Numbered from the stretch's first letter, positions 16,968 to 27,045 are shown. The stretch is 64,000 nucleotides of DNA from a virus (IMGVR_UViG_3300044655_002353:1-64000), one strand, 5' to 3'. The notes: generated by a model from the sequence alone, not told the origin. Translations and numbers: made by a program.

Positions 16968-17017
16968 TTTACATCTACTTTGGATGTTGTATAATAGACC
17001 CATATTCAAACAAACGT
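16968..17017 (+). promoter_or_regulatory. early promoter, copy 2 of exact 50-bp repeat
   Basis: identical to 16008-16057. Confidence 0.85.
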
Positions 17018-17032
17018 AGAGAGAGAATTACG

Positions 17033-17443
17033 ATGACTACCACCACTTCAATCCAAACATTAGTTTCAACCATTTCAACTTCAAACGTTAAAACTGCAGC
17101 TTCACCTTTAGTCAAAGAACTAATTGAAGAACTGAAATATGCTGATGTTTTAGATGATGAAATGTTGGAATCTTTTGCTGCTAAAAGCTGGCCCAATAAA
17201 CCATCAAAACTCCAATACATTTTGGACTTAGCTAATGAAGTTCTAAATCCAAGAAGAACTTCAGTTACAAAAGGTGAAGATACAAAAGTTTTTCGTGATA
17301 CAAAAACTAATGATGAATTTATTTTGACTCTTGACAAACAGTTTTGTTTTGGTTTGAAACCAAGAGGTTCAAAAAAATTTACTATATTACTCCAACCTTT
17401 AGTGTTCACTGTTGGTAAAAGAACTTTTGTTGAAGTAGTATAA
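17033..17443 (+). CDS. hypothetical protein
   Basis: first ORF after promoter. Confidence 0.65.
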   Translation: MTTTTSIQTLVSTISTSNVKTAASPLVKELIEELKYADVLDDEMLESFAAKSWPNKPSKLQYILDLANEVLNPRRTSVTKGEDTKVFRDTKTNDEFILTLDKQFCFGLKPRGSKKFTILLQPLVFTVGKRTFVEVV

Positions 17444-17464
17444 TTGTTGCTAAGGAGAATTACG

Positions 17465-17680
17465 ATGAAAGCAAAAATTAACAGATTAGAACTAAATGGT
17501 GAAGTTGAAATCCTGAAAGACCGGGCACAAGTCAATTGGAGATTTCTGCACGTTACTGATGAAGATGGAACTATCATTGAAATCAACAAACATTTAGTTT
17601 GCAAATTGTATCAACATATGTTGGATACTAAAGACCCTTGGGTAGAATCTTATGGTATTGGTGATGGAGTTCCAAAATGA
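17465..17680 (+). CDS. hypothetical protein
   Basis: AAGGAG RBS. Confidence 0.6.
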   Translation: MKAKINRLELNGEVEILKDRAQVNWRFLHVTDEDGTIIEINKHLVCKLYQHMLDTKDPWVESYGIGDGVPK

Positions 17681-17859
17681 TTACTGTCAAAGAAACAACC
17701 TTCAAAGGTGCTGATGCTAAATACAATCAAACATTCTTTCTTTCAGATGACAAGTTTCATTGTCACGGTTATATTTCATCAAACGGTATTGAACCTGTGA
17801 TGTTCAAGGTTCCAATGAGATTCAATTCAAAAGGAAGGACATTTCAAAATGTTGCATGA
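17677..17859 (+). CDS. hypothetical protein
   Basis: ATGA overlap. Confidence 0.55.
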   Translation: MITVKETTFKGADAKYNQTFFLSDDKFHCHGYISSNGIEPVMFKVPMRFNSKGRTFQNVA

Positions 17860-18034
17860 TTTTCAACCGTTCTTGGTAAGGTCTGAACAAAAGACTATGG
17901 TATTCTTTGATAGTTCAACTGAAAGAGCCGAAATGCATTTTAGAAACATGGCTCCTGACCAAGAAATTATCGAATCCCGTTCTGCAACTAACGAAGAAAT
18001 TGCAATTTACAGCTCAAAGAAAAAGGAAAGCTAA
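17849..18034 (+). CDS. hypothetical protein
   Basis: AGGA RBS. Confidence 0.5.
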   Translation: MLHDFQPFLVRSEQKTMVFFDSSTERAEMHFRNMAPDQEIIESRSATNEEIAIYSSKKKES

Positions 18035-18036
18035 CG

Positions 18037-18240
18037 ATGAGCACTATCCGAATTCCAGACGAAAATATGAAGTTCAGAACTGTTCGCGTGATTGACCTTC
18101 GAGAAGATGCATTATTCCAAATGATTGTCAATGGACAGATTACATTAGCTCATTTTACTTCATGGGTTGAAAATACTCGTGATGAATGGTTTGCTATTGG
18201 AGCCAATACGGAACGTAAGCTAAATGAGGTATCCAAATGA
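18037..18240 (+). CDS. hypothetical protein
   Basis: AAGGA RBS. Confidence 0.55.
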   Translation: MSTIRIPDENMKFRTVRVIDLREDALFQMIVNGQITLAHFTSWVENTRDEWFAIGANTERKLNEVSK

Positions 18241-19001
18241 CACAATTCTTTACACCTGATGAATATGTTCTTTACATGCTCCAAAAGTTTCCGTCTTTGT
18301 TTCGTGATACTACATTGCATGGAGTAAAGCTTCGAGTATTTGACCAGTTATTCAATGTAAATGGTAATGGAGTTTCTACAAACGGAATCTTGAAAGAACA
18401 TTTGACATATAAAGAGTTCGATAAAGAGTATGCATTATCTTTCATTTCAAATGAAGATATGTATTATGGCTATACTGAAGTAAGATGGATAACAAAAGAA
18501 TACTCAATGCCGGCGGAAGGTGCTAAACCAATCTATGTTCTTGATAGCGATCGAATCAATCATCCAGAAATCAAGAAATGGGTCAAAAGCACAATATATC
18601 CATGGGTTCCATATCCAAACTTTCAAAAAAACTATTCAACAATCTTTCAAACAAACTTTGCTACTAAATGTAGAACTGAATGGTTAGAAGCTGCTGAATG
18701 GTTTTACAATCAATGTGGGTGGTGGTTTGCTCAATCTGAAAATGTCGGCTTGTATCATTATGCATTTCCAAAAGCAACTCAGTTAGAAACTGATAGAGCT
18801 TTACATGACATAAAGAACTGGTTGAAGAAGTACGAAACATATGAACAAATTGAACACGGTTATGGTGTTCCATTTGATGGCGATTATGAAAAGTTTATGG
18901 TGCTACGTTGGCAAAAGAACTTGCGTGGTATTCATGAGTTCTTAGGTGAAGTCCAACAATTTTTATCGGAGCAAATCAATGCCAGAACCAGTGAAGTCTG
19001 A
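18237..19001 (+). CDS. hypothetical protein
   Basis: 254-aa ORF, GAGGT RBS. Confidence 0.7.
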   Translation: MTQFFTPDEYVLYMLQKFPSLFRDTTLHGVKLRVFDQLFNVNGNGVSTNGILKEHLTYKEFDKEYALSFISNEDMYYGYTEVRWITKEYSMPAEGAKPIYVLDSDRINHPEIKKWVKSTIYPWVPYPNFQKNYSTIFQTNFATKCRTEWLEAAEWFYNQCGWWFAQSENVGLYHYAFPKATQLETDRALHDIKNWLKKYETYEQIEHGYGVPFDGDYEKFMVLRWQKNLRGIHEFLGEVQQFLSEQINARTSEV

Positions 19002-19260
19002 AGATGCTAAATATCGTATAGTTCAGAAAGCTATTGGCTATAATAGCTTTGTTGATGAATATGATTATGTGTATTATGCTCAAACCAAAGAACTTGGAAA
19101 TGACAACATTTATCATTGGACAGATATCATATCATCTGAAAATGAAGACTGTTCTCGTGTAGGTCTTCCCACTTATGAACGAGCTCTTGAAGTTATTGAA
19201 GAACTTCGTATAAAAGAAAAAATTGAGCTTCACCCGGTTGAAATCACTTACTTTGCCTAA
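18979..19260 (+). CDS. hypothetical protein
   Basis: GGAG RBS; KYRIV motif. Confidence 0.55.
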   Translation: MPEPVKSEDAKYRIVQKAIGYNSFVDEYDYVYYAQTKELGNDNIYHWTDIISSENEDCSRVGLPTYERALEVIEELRIKEKIELHPVEITYFA

Positions 19261-19518
19261 ATGATGATAGCTTCTGATGTTGGTCAATCATTCAAGCTGA
19301 TTGGTTTCAAACCAACAATTAGTAAGACATATCGGAAGAAGCTACTTTCATTTGGTTTTACTCCAGGTATAGACTTTATGATTATTCGTGTTGCTCCAAT
19401 GGGTGACCCGATAGAAGTAAAGCTGAGAGGTTTTAGTGTCACATTACGTAAAGATGAACTTGACGGACTTATAGCAGTAATAAATACAAACTGCGAAAAT
19501 TGTCAAACATGTCATTAG
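19261..19518 (+). CDS. feoA: ferrous iron transport protein A
   Basis: YRKKLLSFGFTPG...IRVAPMGDPIEVKLRGFSVTLRKDE. Confidence 0.9.
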   Translation: MMIASDVGQSFKLIGFKPTISKTYRKKLLSFGFTPGIDFMIIRVAPMGDPIEVKLRGFSVTLRKDELDGLIAVINTNCENCQTCH

Positions 19519-19533
19519 GAAAGGTGTTATAAT

Positions 19534-19764
19534 ATGACTTATTATCTTAGATTCGAAAACGAAGTTCTTTTAGGAATTGATGAATTTGCCGGAGCTACTA
19601 ACATTGTAGTTTCTACAATCAATGACACTACAACTGGGCTTCAGGTTATGGCTTTTACAACTCGTGCTGACGCTGAAAACTTCAAGCAAAAGTATTACGT
19701 TAGTCTTCGCAATTTTACGGTATCAAACAACTTAGAATATGAACAACCTCCATCATCTAATTGA
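19534..19764 (+). CDS. hypothetical protein
   Basis: AAGGT RBS. Confidence 0.55.
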   Translation: MTYYLRFENEVLLGIDEFAGATNIVVSTINDTTTGLQVMAFTTRADAENFKQKYYVSLRNFTVSNNLEYEQPPSSN

Positions 19765-20065
19765 AAAAGAATTTGCTAAATGGGCTTTACCTGATGAACT
19801 ATGGGAAGCTCAAGATGTCAAAGATTTTGCTTATACTGTCATCAAAGAAGCAATTCAAACGACGATTGGTATTTGCAGAATGCAATTGAGTCATGATTAT
19901 GTTCTAGGTGGTTCTCCAACAGAAAGTGATGTAGCTAATGCTAAAATTCGTGAAGAAGTTCTAAAGTATTTTGATATTGAAGAACGCGATATCGATGAAA
20001 TCTTTGATACAAATGCTCAATTTAGAGCACATTTCAAATGTCCTCGTAAGGATGACCCTATATGA
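19739..20065 (+). CDS. hypothetical protein
   Basis: packed ORF. Confidence 0.55.
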   Translation: MNNLHHLIEKEFAKWALPDELWEAQDVKDFAYTVIKEAIQTTIGICRMQLSHDYVLGGSPTESDVANAKIREEVLKYFDIEERDIDEIFDTNAQFRAHFKCPRKDDPI

Positions 20066-20397
20066 GTTTTGATTACTTACAATATCGTGGCAAGTGCAAA
20101 GAATATGCAGAAGAGCTTTGTGCTGAAGACCCATCACTTCGATTAGTTCGTGGCTTTTATCATTGCCCAATGTGGGGTAAGCAAGATCATTGGTGGTGTG
20201 AGAAACCAGATGGAACCATCGTTGACCCTACTGTCAAACAGTTTCCTACTAATGGCATCGGTGCTGAGTATGAAGAGTTTGATGGAATGTGTGAATGCGC
20301 TGAATGCGGCAAACGAATTCCAGAAGCAGAAGCAAGGTTTGATAGTCGTTATGCTTTCTGTTCAACACAGTGTAATATGAGGTTTGTAGGATTATGA
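20062..20397 (+). CDS. hypothetical protein (HWW..DG.IVDPT..QF motif plus Zn finger)
   Basis: C...H...D pattern and CAEC...FCS..C. Confidence 0.65.
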   Translation: MSFDYLQYRGKCKEYAEELCAEDPSLRLVRGFYHCPMWGKQDHWWCEKPDGTIVDPTVKQFPTNGIGAEYEEFDGMCECAECGKRIPEAEARFDSRYAFCSTQCNMRFVGL

Positions 20398-20621
20398 GCG
20401 ATAACGTAGAACAATCAACAGACGAACTAACACGATTAGTTCGTACATTCTTTACTGATTTCTTAGATGTAGTAGAAGAATCAGATAGTGGTACGATATT
20501 TCATCCGATTTATATTAGTTGTTGTCGTTGTATGAAGCTTGAACCCCTAAACAAACTGCTTGCTCAAATGCGAGAACAAGTTGGATTAGAACCTTATAAA
20601 GGACTTGGAAATGACCGATAA
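20394..20621 (+). CDS. hypothetical protein
   Basis: AGGA RBS, ATGA overlap. Confidence 0.6.
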   Translation: MSDNVEQSTDELTRLVRTFFTDFLDVVEESDSGTIFHPIYISCCRCMKLEPLNKLLAQMREQVGLEPYKGLGNDR

Positions 20622-20838
20622 AGCAATGATAGTATTGATAGTTTTTGGATTTGCAGCGTTTTACTTTGGAGGTTCCTTTCTAGAAACTTATGAAAGGATA
20701 AGCATGGCTAAAGCAGGTCTTCAACAATGTGTCGTGCAACTTCATCCAACGAGCAATACTCATATTGTCTGGATGAAAGACTGCCCAACTAATAAACCGA
20801 TACCGAATGATGGCGGAGATACTAATGAACTATTGTAG
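20611..20838 (+). CDS. membrane-anchored protein, paralog of 10430-10684
   Basis: TM then AGLQQC...W.KDCPT. Confidence 0.6.
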   Translation: MTDKAMIVLIVFGFAAFYFGGSFLETYERISMAKAGLQQCVVQLHPTSNTHIVWMKDCPTNKPIPNDGGDTNELL

Positions 20839-21310
20839 CGATAGTCAAGCATTAGAAGTTTGGTTAGACCTTGAAGGAACTGTCATCAATAATTGGGATG
20901 ATGGTTTGTTCATTCAGCATGTGTCTAAAATCAAAGACTACTTACAAGATGTCAAGCCAACTTTCTTGAACATTTGGTCTTTTGCTATTTGGACCCAAAA
21001 AGAAAAGGAAGAGTTCGACTATTCGGGTATGAAGGAAAGAATTGAACAGTGTTTTGGATTACCCATCATTGAATACCCATCAGTTGATGAAATGATGGTG
21101 CTTTGCAAGCCATATGAATTCTTGTTCAACTACACATGTCCATTAGAATTCATGCAAATCAATGGTAAGTACTTCTCATTTTTGAAGCATGCAATGTCAC
21201 AGACTTCTAAAAAGATGGTGTTGATTGATGACTGTGTGCCCGGAAGTGTGATACAATATACTAACAAAAATGTTGAAGTGGAAACACTCAATATTGAAAC
21301 CGATTTATAA
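20825..21310 (+). CDS. HAD-like hydrolase
   Basis: VWLDLEGTVI (motif I-like), IWSFA, VLIDD (motif IV). Confidence 0.6.
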   Translation: MNYCSDSQALEVWLDLEGTVINNWDDGLFIQHVSKIKDYLQDVKPTFLNIWSFAIWTQKEKEEFDYSGMKERIEQCFGLPIIEYPSVDEMMVLCKPYEFLFNYTCPLEFMQINGKYFSFLKHAMSQTSKKMVLIDDCVPGSVIQYTNKNVEVETLNIETDL

Positions 21311-21491
21311 ACAGTAGAAAAAGGTGTGAAAATTATGATGTTCTTTGGTGCTCTTACTTTTGGCTTTTTAGCCGCAACTATTTTCAGTTCTAACATTTGG
21401 ATACTACTTGCAATGGGTGGATATATGTTAGCAAAACGCGGAACCTTTCCAATCATCTAAAAACTTCTCTCTCTCTCTCTCTCAATACGGT

Positions 21492-22337
21492 ATGAAATCA
21501 AATATGAATACTCTAAATATCAAACTTATGGCAGTCGTTGCAGCATTGTCTATCATCATTGGTGCATGTAGTGACCAACACCAATATGATGCTAATACGA
21601 TGGCAGCTCTTCAACCATGTATGTCAATGGGCTTTCAACCGGCTCAATGTATGGCTGCTTATCAACAAGCTGGACGACCACAATCATCTGATACTAATTG
21701 GTTAGGAACTGTAGCAGCTTTTGCTGCTGGGGCTGCTGCTAATCATTGGTGGAACAGACCATCGTATCAAAGCTATCAATATCATCCTGAGTATATGAAC
21801 CAGCCTGATTACTATGACCGTTACTACAATACACCACAACGTAGAACTTGGGTGACACCTCAGGTGCGTGGTATTCCACAAACGACTAATCCATCAGTAC
21901 CTCAATTGGTTCCAGAAAAGAACACAAATCAATTGATACCTGGTCAAAAAATTCAGCCATTGTTTGCTAATCCGACTAACATTGCTCCTAATCAAGCGAC
22001 ACCTAAACCTGTGACTACTCCACCTGCAACAGCTACTGCTACTCAATCATTCAAACCGATACAAGTAGTACCGCCAACTACTAGTACGCAAGCAGCAACT
22101 ACGGCAACTCAGTTCAAACCAGTTCAAGTTACGCCTCCACCGGCTCCAGCTCCAGTAGCTAAAAAGCCTTCTTCAAGCTGGTCTTTGTTTGGTGGAAGTA
22201 CTTCAACTAAGTCTACTACTCCACCATCAGTAGCTTCAAAACCGGCTTCAAAACCTTCAAGCACATTTGCTCCAATACGAGTAAGTCCTCCTAAATCTTC
22301 ATCAAGTTCTTCTTCATCATCAAGCCGTCGAAAATGA
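21492..22337 (+). CDS. putative lipoprotein with Pro/Thr/Ser-rich tail
   Basis: signal ending IGAC; low-complexity C-terminus. Confidence 0.65.
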   Translation: MKSNMNTLNIKLMAVVAALSIIIGACSDQHQYDANTMAALQPCMSMGFQPAQCMAAYQQAGRPQSSDTNWLGTVAAFAAGAAANHWWNRPSYQSYQYHPEYMNQPDYYDRYYNTPQRRTWVTPQVRGIPQTTNPSVPQLVPEKNTNQLIPGQKIQPLFANPTNIAPNQATPKPVTTPPATATATQSFKPIQVVPPTTSTQAATTATQFKPVQVTPPPAPAPVAKKPSSSWSLFGGSTSTKSTTPPSVASKPASKPSSTFAPIRVSPPKSSSSSSSSSSRRK

Positions 22338-22597
22338 GCTTCTCCGACCTAACATATATGACTCCTGGCAAACTTCGTCAATTAGATGAGTTTGCTGGGA
22401 AATACACTTACTTCAAAACCTTCTTGGAGTTGGTAGATAAGTCTAACAATTACAAGCCTGTGTGGTATAACGAACCGCTTGCTCCATCATTTCAAAAGCG
22501 GGACCTTGAAACTTTAGCAAAAGCATATGATGACCATATGATACGTAATAATGATGAGCGTCGAGTGTATAAAACTTTTGACCATCCATTGTTATGA
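22334..22597 (+). CDS. hypothetical protein
   Basis: ATGA overlaps. Confidence 0.55.
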   Translation: MSFSDLTYMTPGKLRQLDEFAGKYTYFKTFLELVDKSNNYKPVWYNEPLAPSFQKRDLETLAKAYDDHMIRNNDERRVYKTFDHPLL

Positions 22598-22905
22598 ATT
22601 CAAAACGTAGAAGTACAGGATTAGTTCTTCAGTGCCTTCAGGAAGAATGTGCTGAAGTTATCCAAGCAGCATCAAAAATCAGTCGCTTTGGAGCTTATAG
22701 CAGAAATCCAGAAGACCCAAATTCTTTGTCAAATATCGAGCTTTTGCATCAAGAAATAGGCGATGTTTATGCAGTACTTGAAGTACTCAAAAATCAAACC
22801 GTTCTGACAATTGATGATGAGCTTATTGAAAAAATGAAGCAAAAGAAGTTAGAAAAGTTGGAAATCTATTTGCCTTATATTTGTGAAGTAGATAACAGTT
22901 TATAA
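22594..22905 (+). CDS. MazG-like nucleotide pyrophosphohydrolase
   Basis: LQEECAEVIQAASKI.RFG...EIGDV. Confidence 0.8.
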   Translation: MNSKRRSTGLVLQCLQEECAEVIQAASKISRFGAYSRNPEDPNSLSNIELLHQEIGDVYAVLEVLKNQTVLTIDDELIEKMKQKKLEKLEIYLPYICEVDNSL

Positions 22906-22917
22906 AGTCCCGGACTA

Positions 22918-22945
22918 TTTACATCTAATCAAAAAAGGTTATAAT
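22918..22945 (+). promoter_or_regulatory. early promoter
   Basis: TTTACA...TATAATAGAC. Confidence 0.65.
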
Positions 22946-23012
22946 AGACTCAAGATACGGAAATAAAGAAGTTAAGGATGAACCAATCTTAGTTTATTCT
23001 GTGGAGAATATC

Positions 23013-24458
23013 ATGTTGAGAAAAACTACAATGGCTGTTGCAGTCGCAATTGCAACATTAGGTATTAGTGCAGTTAGTGCTAATGAAACTTCTACTCCTA
23101 CTGGCACAGTTCAACACATTGTTGAAGGTAAAGTAGTCAAAACAATTCATACATATGGTATCGGTGAGATGCCATCAGTGTATAGTCCGGTTCGTCACGT
23201 CGGTGGAACAATTCCGGAAGTCTATAACCCGTTTGATGCTAAAGGTTTGGCAAAAGTTGAATTGGATAAAAGTCACTTTTTATCCCAAAAAGTCGGTGAC
23301 AAAACTACATTAGGTCTGATTGGCGAAGATGTCGAATATACGACTGAAAGCGTAGTGACTGATGCAAATGGTGTTGTTACCTGGATGGGTAACACTGTTG
23401 ATGGCGATGGTGCAATTATTTCAATGGGTCCAACTGGTGATGTATTCGGTTCGATTTATACTGATGAAGACACCTATGCCATCGAAACTCAAGGTGATGA
23501 ATCAAATCCTGAAGCTTGGTTGATTAGCCAACAAAAGTCCGGGGTTAAAATGCCAACAGTAAAAGGTGATACTGAAGTTGCGCATAACCACACATCATTG
23601 GATGCGGTGGTTTACATAGGCGTAAAACCTGATGGCACAAAAGTATATAGAGATACTGTTACAGGCGCACTTACCTATGTTGCCCCTCCTCCTACACCTG
23701 TTGCAAATGCGCCAATAGTAATTGATTTGCTGTATGCATATAGCACTTCATTCAAACCACGAATTGATACTTATGTTGCGTCAATGACACCTGCAATGAC
23801 CAAAGCATTTAGTGATAGTGGCATGCCAAATGTAGCCTTTAGAACTGTAGGTAAAATTGAAGTACCGTATGCGGATACTGAACCAACAACTGGTGTTCCA
23901 TCTAAAATGCAACAAGGTTTAGGTATTTGGAAACCTGTACGAGACATGAGAGCCAGAGTTGGTGCTGACTTGGTCGTCTTTATCCGTCCATTCAAACAAT
24001 CACATGTAATCTGTGGCCAAGCATTGTTGAATGGTGCAAATCAAACCGCTTTTAATGCAAATGTTGCAAATGCTGTTGTTGATTGGGGTTCTGATGGTGG
24101 TTATGGTTGCTATGGAGATACGATGATTCATGAAGTAGGTCATATCATGGGGGTTGTTCACAATAAAGAAACCATGGAAGAATTTGGTTTAGGTTCTGTG
24201 AAAGGTGTCTATGAAGATTCTTATGGTTATGCTCATAACTATAAGTATGGCTATGGTGGTTCAAACTGTGGAATTGCAGATATTATGAGCTATTGCTTCA
24301 ATCGTAAGGCTAAGTATTCAAATCCTGATGTAATTGGTGTAACGTTGAATAATGGTACAAAACTTTACTTAGGCGTAAGAGACGTAGCAGATGCAACAAG
24401 AACTCTGAAAATTACTGCTCCAAAAATTGCAAACTTCATGCCTAAAAAAGTTCAATAA
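23013..24458 (+). CDS. secreted reprolysin-like (M12/metzincin) metallopeptidase
   Basis: signal peptide; ADLV; HEVGHIMGVVH; DIMSY Met-turn; YSNP. Confidence 0.85.
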   Translation: MLRKTTMAVAVAIATLGISAVSANETSTPTGTVQHIVEGKVVKTIHTYGIGEMPSVYSPVRHVGGTIPEVYNPFDAKGLAKVELDKSHFLSQKVGDKTTLGLIGEDVEYTTESVVTDANGVVTWMGNTVDGDGAIISMGPTGDVFGSIYTDEDTYAIETQGDESNPEAWLISQQKSGVKMPTVKGDTEVAHNHTSLDAVVYIGVKPDGTKVYRDTVTGALTYVAPPPTPVANAPIVIDLLYAYSTSFKPRIDTYVASMTPAMTKAFSDSGMPNVAFRTVGKIEVPYADTEPTTGVPSKMQQGLGIWKPVRDMRARVGADLVVFIRPFKQSHVICGQALLNGANQTAFNANVANAVVDWGSDGGYGCYGDTMIHEVGHIMGVVHNKETMEEFGLGSVKGVYEDSYGYAHNYKYGYGGSNCGIADIMSYCFNRKAKYSNPDVIGVTLNNGTKLYLGVRDVADATRTLKITAPKIANFMPKKVQ

Positions 24459-24475
24459 ATCAATAACCTAACGAA

Positions 24476-24507
24476 AGAAGGAGAGAGTAAAATCTCTCCT
24501 CCTTTTT
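24476..24507 (+). terminator. intrinsic terminator
   Basis: GAGAG/CTCTC-centred stem plus T tract. Confidence 0.65.
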
Positions 24508-24553
24508 GTTTATGTAAATAGATCTGTTCTTCACTATCATAACATAAAACCAT

Positions 24554-25042
24554 ATGAAACTATTCATCCTATTCAATTCAACTATTTCAATGTCAATAGT
24601 TGCAGCACATGCTGAAAAGATAATCAGCAAATTAGTCTATCAAAATACTCATACACCGAGTCAAGCTATTTCAGGTTGGATGAACTTTCATCGATTTGTT
24701 TCATTAGCTTCTGCAGGAAATAATAAGTTTGCAATGGCAAACATTTTCAAAGAACTTACTAATTTATCAAACGGCTCTTATATTGTTGAAAGTAGTAATG
24801 ATGAGAATACTGAAGAATATGTTGCCATTGGTATTCTACTACCTTCAATCGTATATGATATTGCACCGAAATTATTTCAAGATAACGACCATAGCTTTAT
24901 CCTAAAACATGGTGAAACTACTTCTTCAATAGAAAGAATGGTTGGTGGAAGAACTGCTGAAACTGCTTCATTTCCAGTAAATGATGTAAAACTAGTTCAG
25001 CTTTTACAAAAGTACTTTACCTGCAAAAACAAATCTTTATGA
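24554..25042 (+). CDS. hypothetical protein
   Basis: 162-aa ORF. Confidence 0.55.
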   Translation: MKLFILFNSTISMSIVAAHAEKIISKLVYQNTHTPSQAISGWMNFHRFVSLASAGNNKFAMANIFKELTNLSNGSYIVESSNDENTEEYVAIGILLPSIVYDIAPKLFQDNDHSFILKHGETTSSIERMVGGRTAETASFPVNDVKLVQLLQKYFTCKNKSL

Positions 25043-25044
25043 AT

Positions 25045-25075
25045 AAAAAAGGGGGATTTAAATCCCCCTTTTTTT
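25045..25075. terminator. bidirectional terminator
   Basis: AAAAAAGGGGGAT-TTAA-ATCCCCCTTTTTT between convergent genes. Confidence 0.85.
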
Positions 25076-25080
25076 CTAAT

Positions 25081-27045
25081 TTAGGCAGTTCCCATCTTAG
25101 CACCAGTAGACAATACTCGAATTGGAATGATAATAAATTCTACAGCTTTCATTGGTTTTATTCCAATGTCAACCCAAAGTTCATTTCTATCAATTCTAGC
25201 TGGAGTATTATTGCTACTATCGCATAATGTTACGAAGTCATACAATCCACGTCTCATCATAATATCACCAAGGAACCCATCAATCATTGCTTTGATATCA
25301 TCACGAGTTGGTTGATCATTTGGTTCAAACAAGAATGGCATACTCGCTTTACGTAATGAGCGACGAATGTAGCATAGTAATCTTTCAACATTGATACGGT
25401 CACGAGCAGAAGTAGCGTTGTATGAAGTTTTTTGACCCCAGATAACCAAGCCGCGAGTTGGGAAAAACACGATTGGATTGATGTTCTTGAAGAAGTCATA
25501 TAATGCATCACGTTGACCTTGGTTCAAATTGACTTGAACGTAAGTTGTTGGAAGTCCTAATGTTCCGGTAACATAACCTACACTTTCAACTCCAGATACT
25601 GTACCACGACGAAGACCGGCTGGAGCAAACCAAAGTTCTGAAGCATTATCAGAAAATGCAAAGGTTCTTAATGCAGTTCCTGATGGAGCCACAAGAACAT
25701 TGTAACCGTCAAGATTAGAAGATAAGCACCATGGATAGTAATACGCAATCGTAGATTTTTTGATACGCTCAGAAGTATTAGCCCAGTTAGCAGCTTGTTC
25801 TGGAGTTTTAGTTACAGGAACATCAGCAATCACAAATGCTTCATTACTAATACTATCATTCAATGAATCAAGCTCATCAACAACTTCAGGATAACCAGGG
25901 CAAAGAATCAAGTTGTATTCAAAGATTTCCGATCTTACATCTTGGTTACTATTGATTTCAGCTTGAAGTGCAGTTCTAATTGCAAGACGACGAGTTGCAT
26001 CATCAAAACCAAGAGGATTCATGTTTTGAACTTGATCAAATTCTATTGCAAATGCGTCACCTGCAGCAAAAGCAGTCGAACCTGCTAAAATAGTAAACGA
26101 TATTTTACCTGCAACGTCAATGAATGGGGTAGAACCACCAACTGTGCCGAATTGACCAGTTGTTGTAATTGCGTTAGTCACCGGATGATATCCGATAACT
26201 TTGAAGTTTGTTGCATCAAGAAACTCAACAATAAAGTTTTCTTCAACAGCATTAGCTTCAGGAACTAAGTCAATCAACGTACCATTACCTGTCATTGGTC
26301 CAACAGTAAAGTCAGTATACGCAAGACCAGTCATTGCTGATGTACCTTTTTTAGCTGCGTAAACAGTATTGAATTCAAAGTAATCACCCGGCTTGAATAC
26401 GGTAGCGCCATTAGTTATTGTCAACTGTATATTACTGTGAACAAATGCAGTACCATTGGCTTTAGCTACACCAATCATTCCTGATTTTGAACCGGTGATT
26501 GTAAATGATTCGTTACCAATAGTATCGGTTCCTTGTAAGCCAATACATACTAAAGTAAATGATTCTGGTTCTTTCAATGCAGAAGGCACAGATATAGCTG
26601 AAAGAGTACCATTACCAACACCTACATAATTATATGAGCCTGCATCATATACAGGAATACCAGCCGAAATAAATTGACGAGGACTATCAGTCAAGTCAAT
26701 GTTAGCACGAACTACATATGCAAGATTACCTATTCCTAAGAATTGGTTCAATGCAAACAATCCATACTCATTTCGGCAATCGCCATGATACTGTGCAGGT
26801 TCTCCAGCTCCACTATTATCTTTCCAGAAATATGGAATACCATAAGTTTCTACTGATTGCCCAATAGATGTAATCGTACGAACTACACTATGTTCATTAG
26901 TACCTGCTGCAATATGAACACCATCAGGTTGAAGCTTATTTGCACGAGTTGCGATAAAAATTAGCGGAACTGTTGAAGCAGAAGCCGGTATATAAAAAGA
27001 TTGATCAGTAATAGTAACTGAAACACCTGGACTAACCATTGACAT
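25081..27045 (-). CDS. tail sheath protein (gp18-like)
   Basis: SPGVSV...; YYPW; APSG; WFAPAG.RRG; INPI; WGQKT; RINVERL; FEPND; NNTP.RIDRNEL. Confidence 0.95.
   Translation of the reverse strand: MSMVSPGVSVTITDQSFYIPASASTVPLIFIATRANKLQPDGVHIAAGTNEHSVVRTITSIGQSVETYGIPYFWKDNSGAGEPAQYHGDCRNEYGLFALNQFLGIGNLAYVVRANIDLTDSPRQFISAGIPVYDAGSYNYVGVGNGTLSAISVPSALKEPESFTLVCIGLQGTDTIGNESFTITGSKSGMIGVAKANGTAFVHSNIQLTITNGATVFKPGDYFEFNTVYAAKKGTSAMTGLAYTDFTVGPMTGNGTLIDLVPEANAVEENFIVEFLDATNFKVIGYHPVTNAITTTGQFGTVGGSTPFIDVAGKISFTILAGSTAFAAGDAFAIEFDQVQNMNPLGFDDATRRLAIRTALQAEINSNQDVRSEIFEYNLILCPGYPEVVDELDSLNDSISNEAFVIADVPVTKTPEQAANWANTSERIKKSTIAYYYPWCLSSNLDGYNVLVAPSGTALRTFAFSDNASELWFAPAGLRRGTVSGVESVGYVTGTLGLPTTYVQVNLNQGQRDALYDFFKNINPIVFFPTRGLVIWGQKTSYNATSARDRINVERLLCYIRRSLRKASMPFLFEPNDQPTRDDIKAMIDGFLGDIMMRRGLYDFVTLCDSSNNTPARIDRNELWVDIGIKPMKAVEFIIIPIRVLSTGAKMGTA

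Noticed and set aside
14112-17604. Antisense ORFs such as 14112-14360, 15273-15719 and 16975-17604, and similar ones elsewhere
   Set aside because: Shadows of well-supported genes on the other strand, without RBS or recognisable motifs
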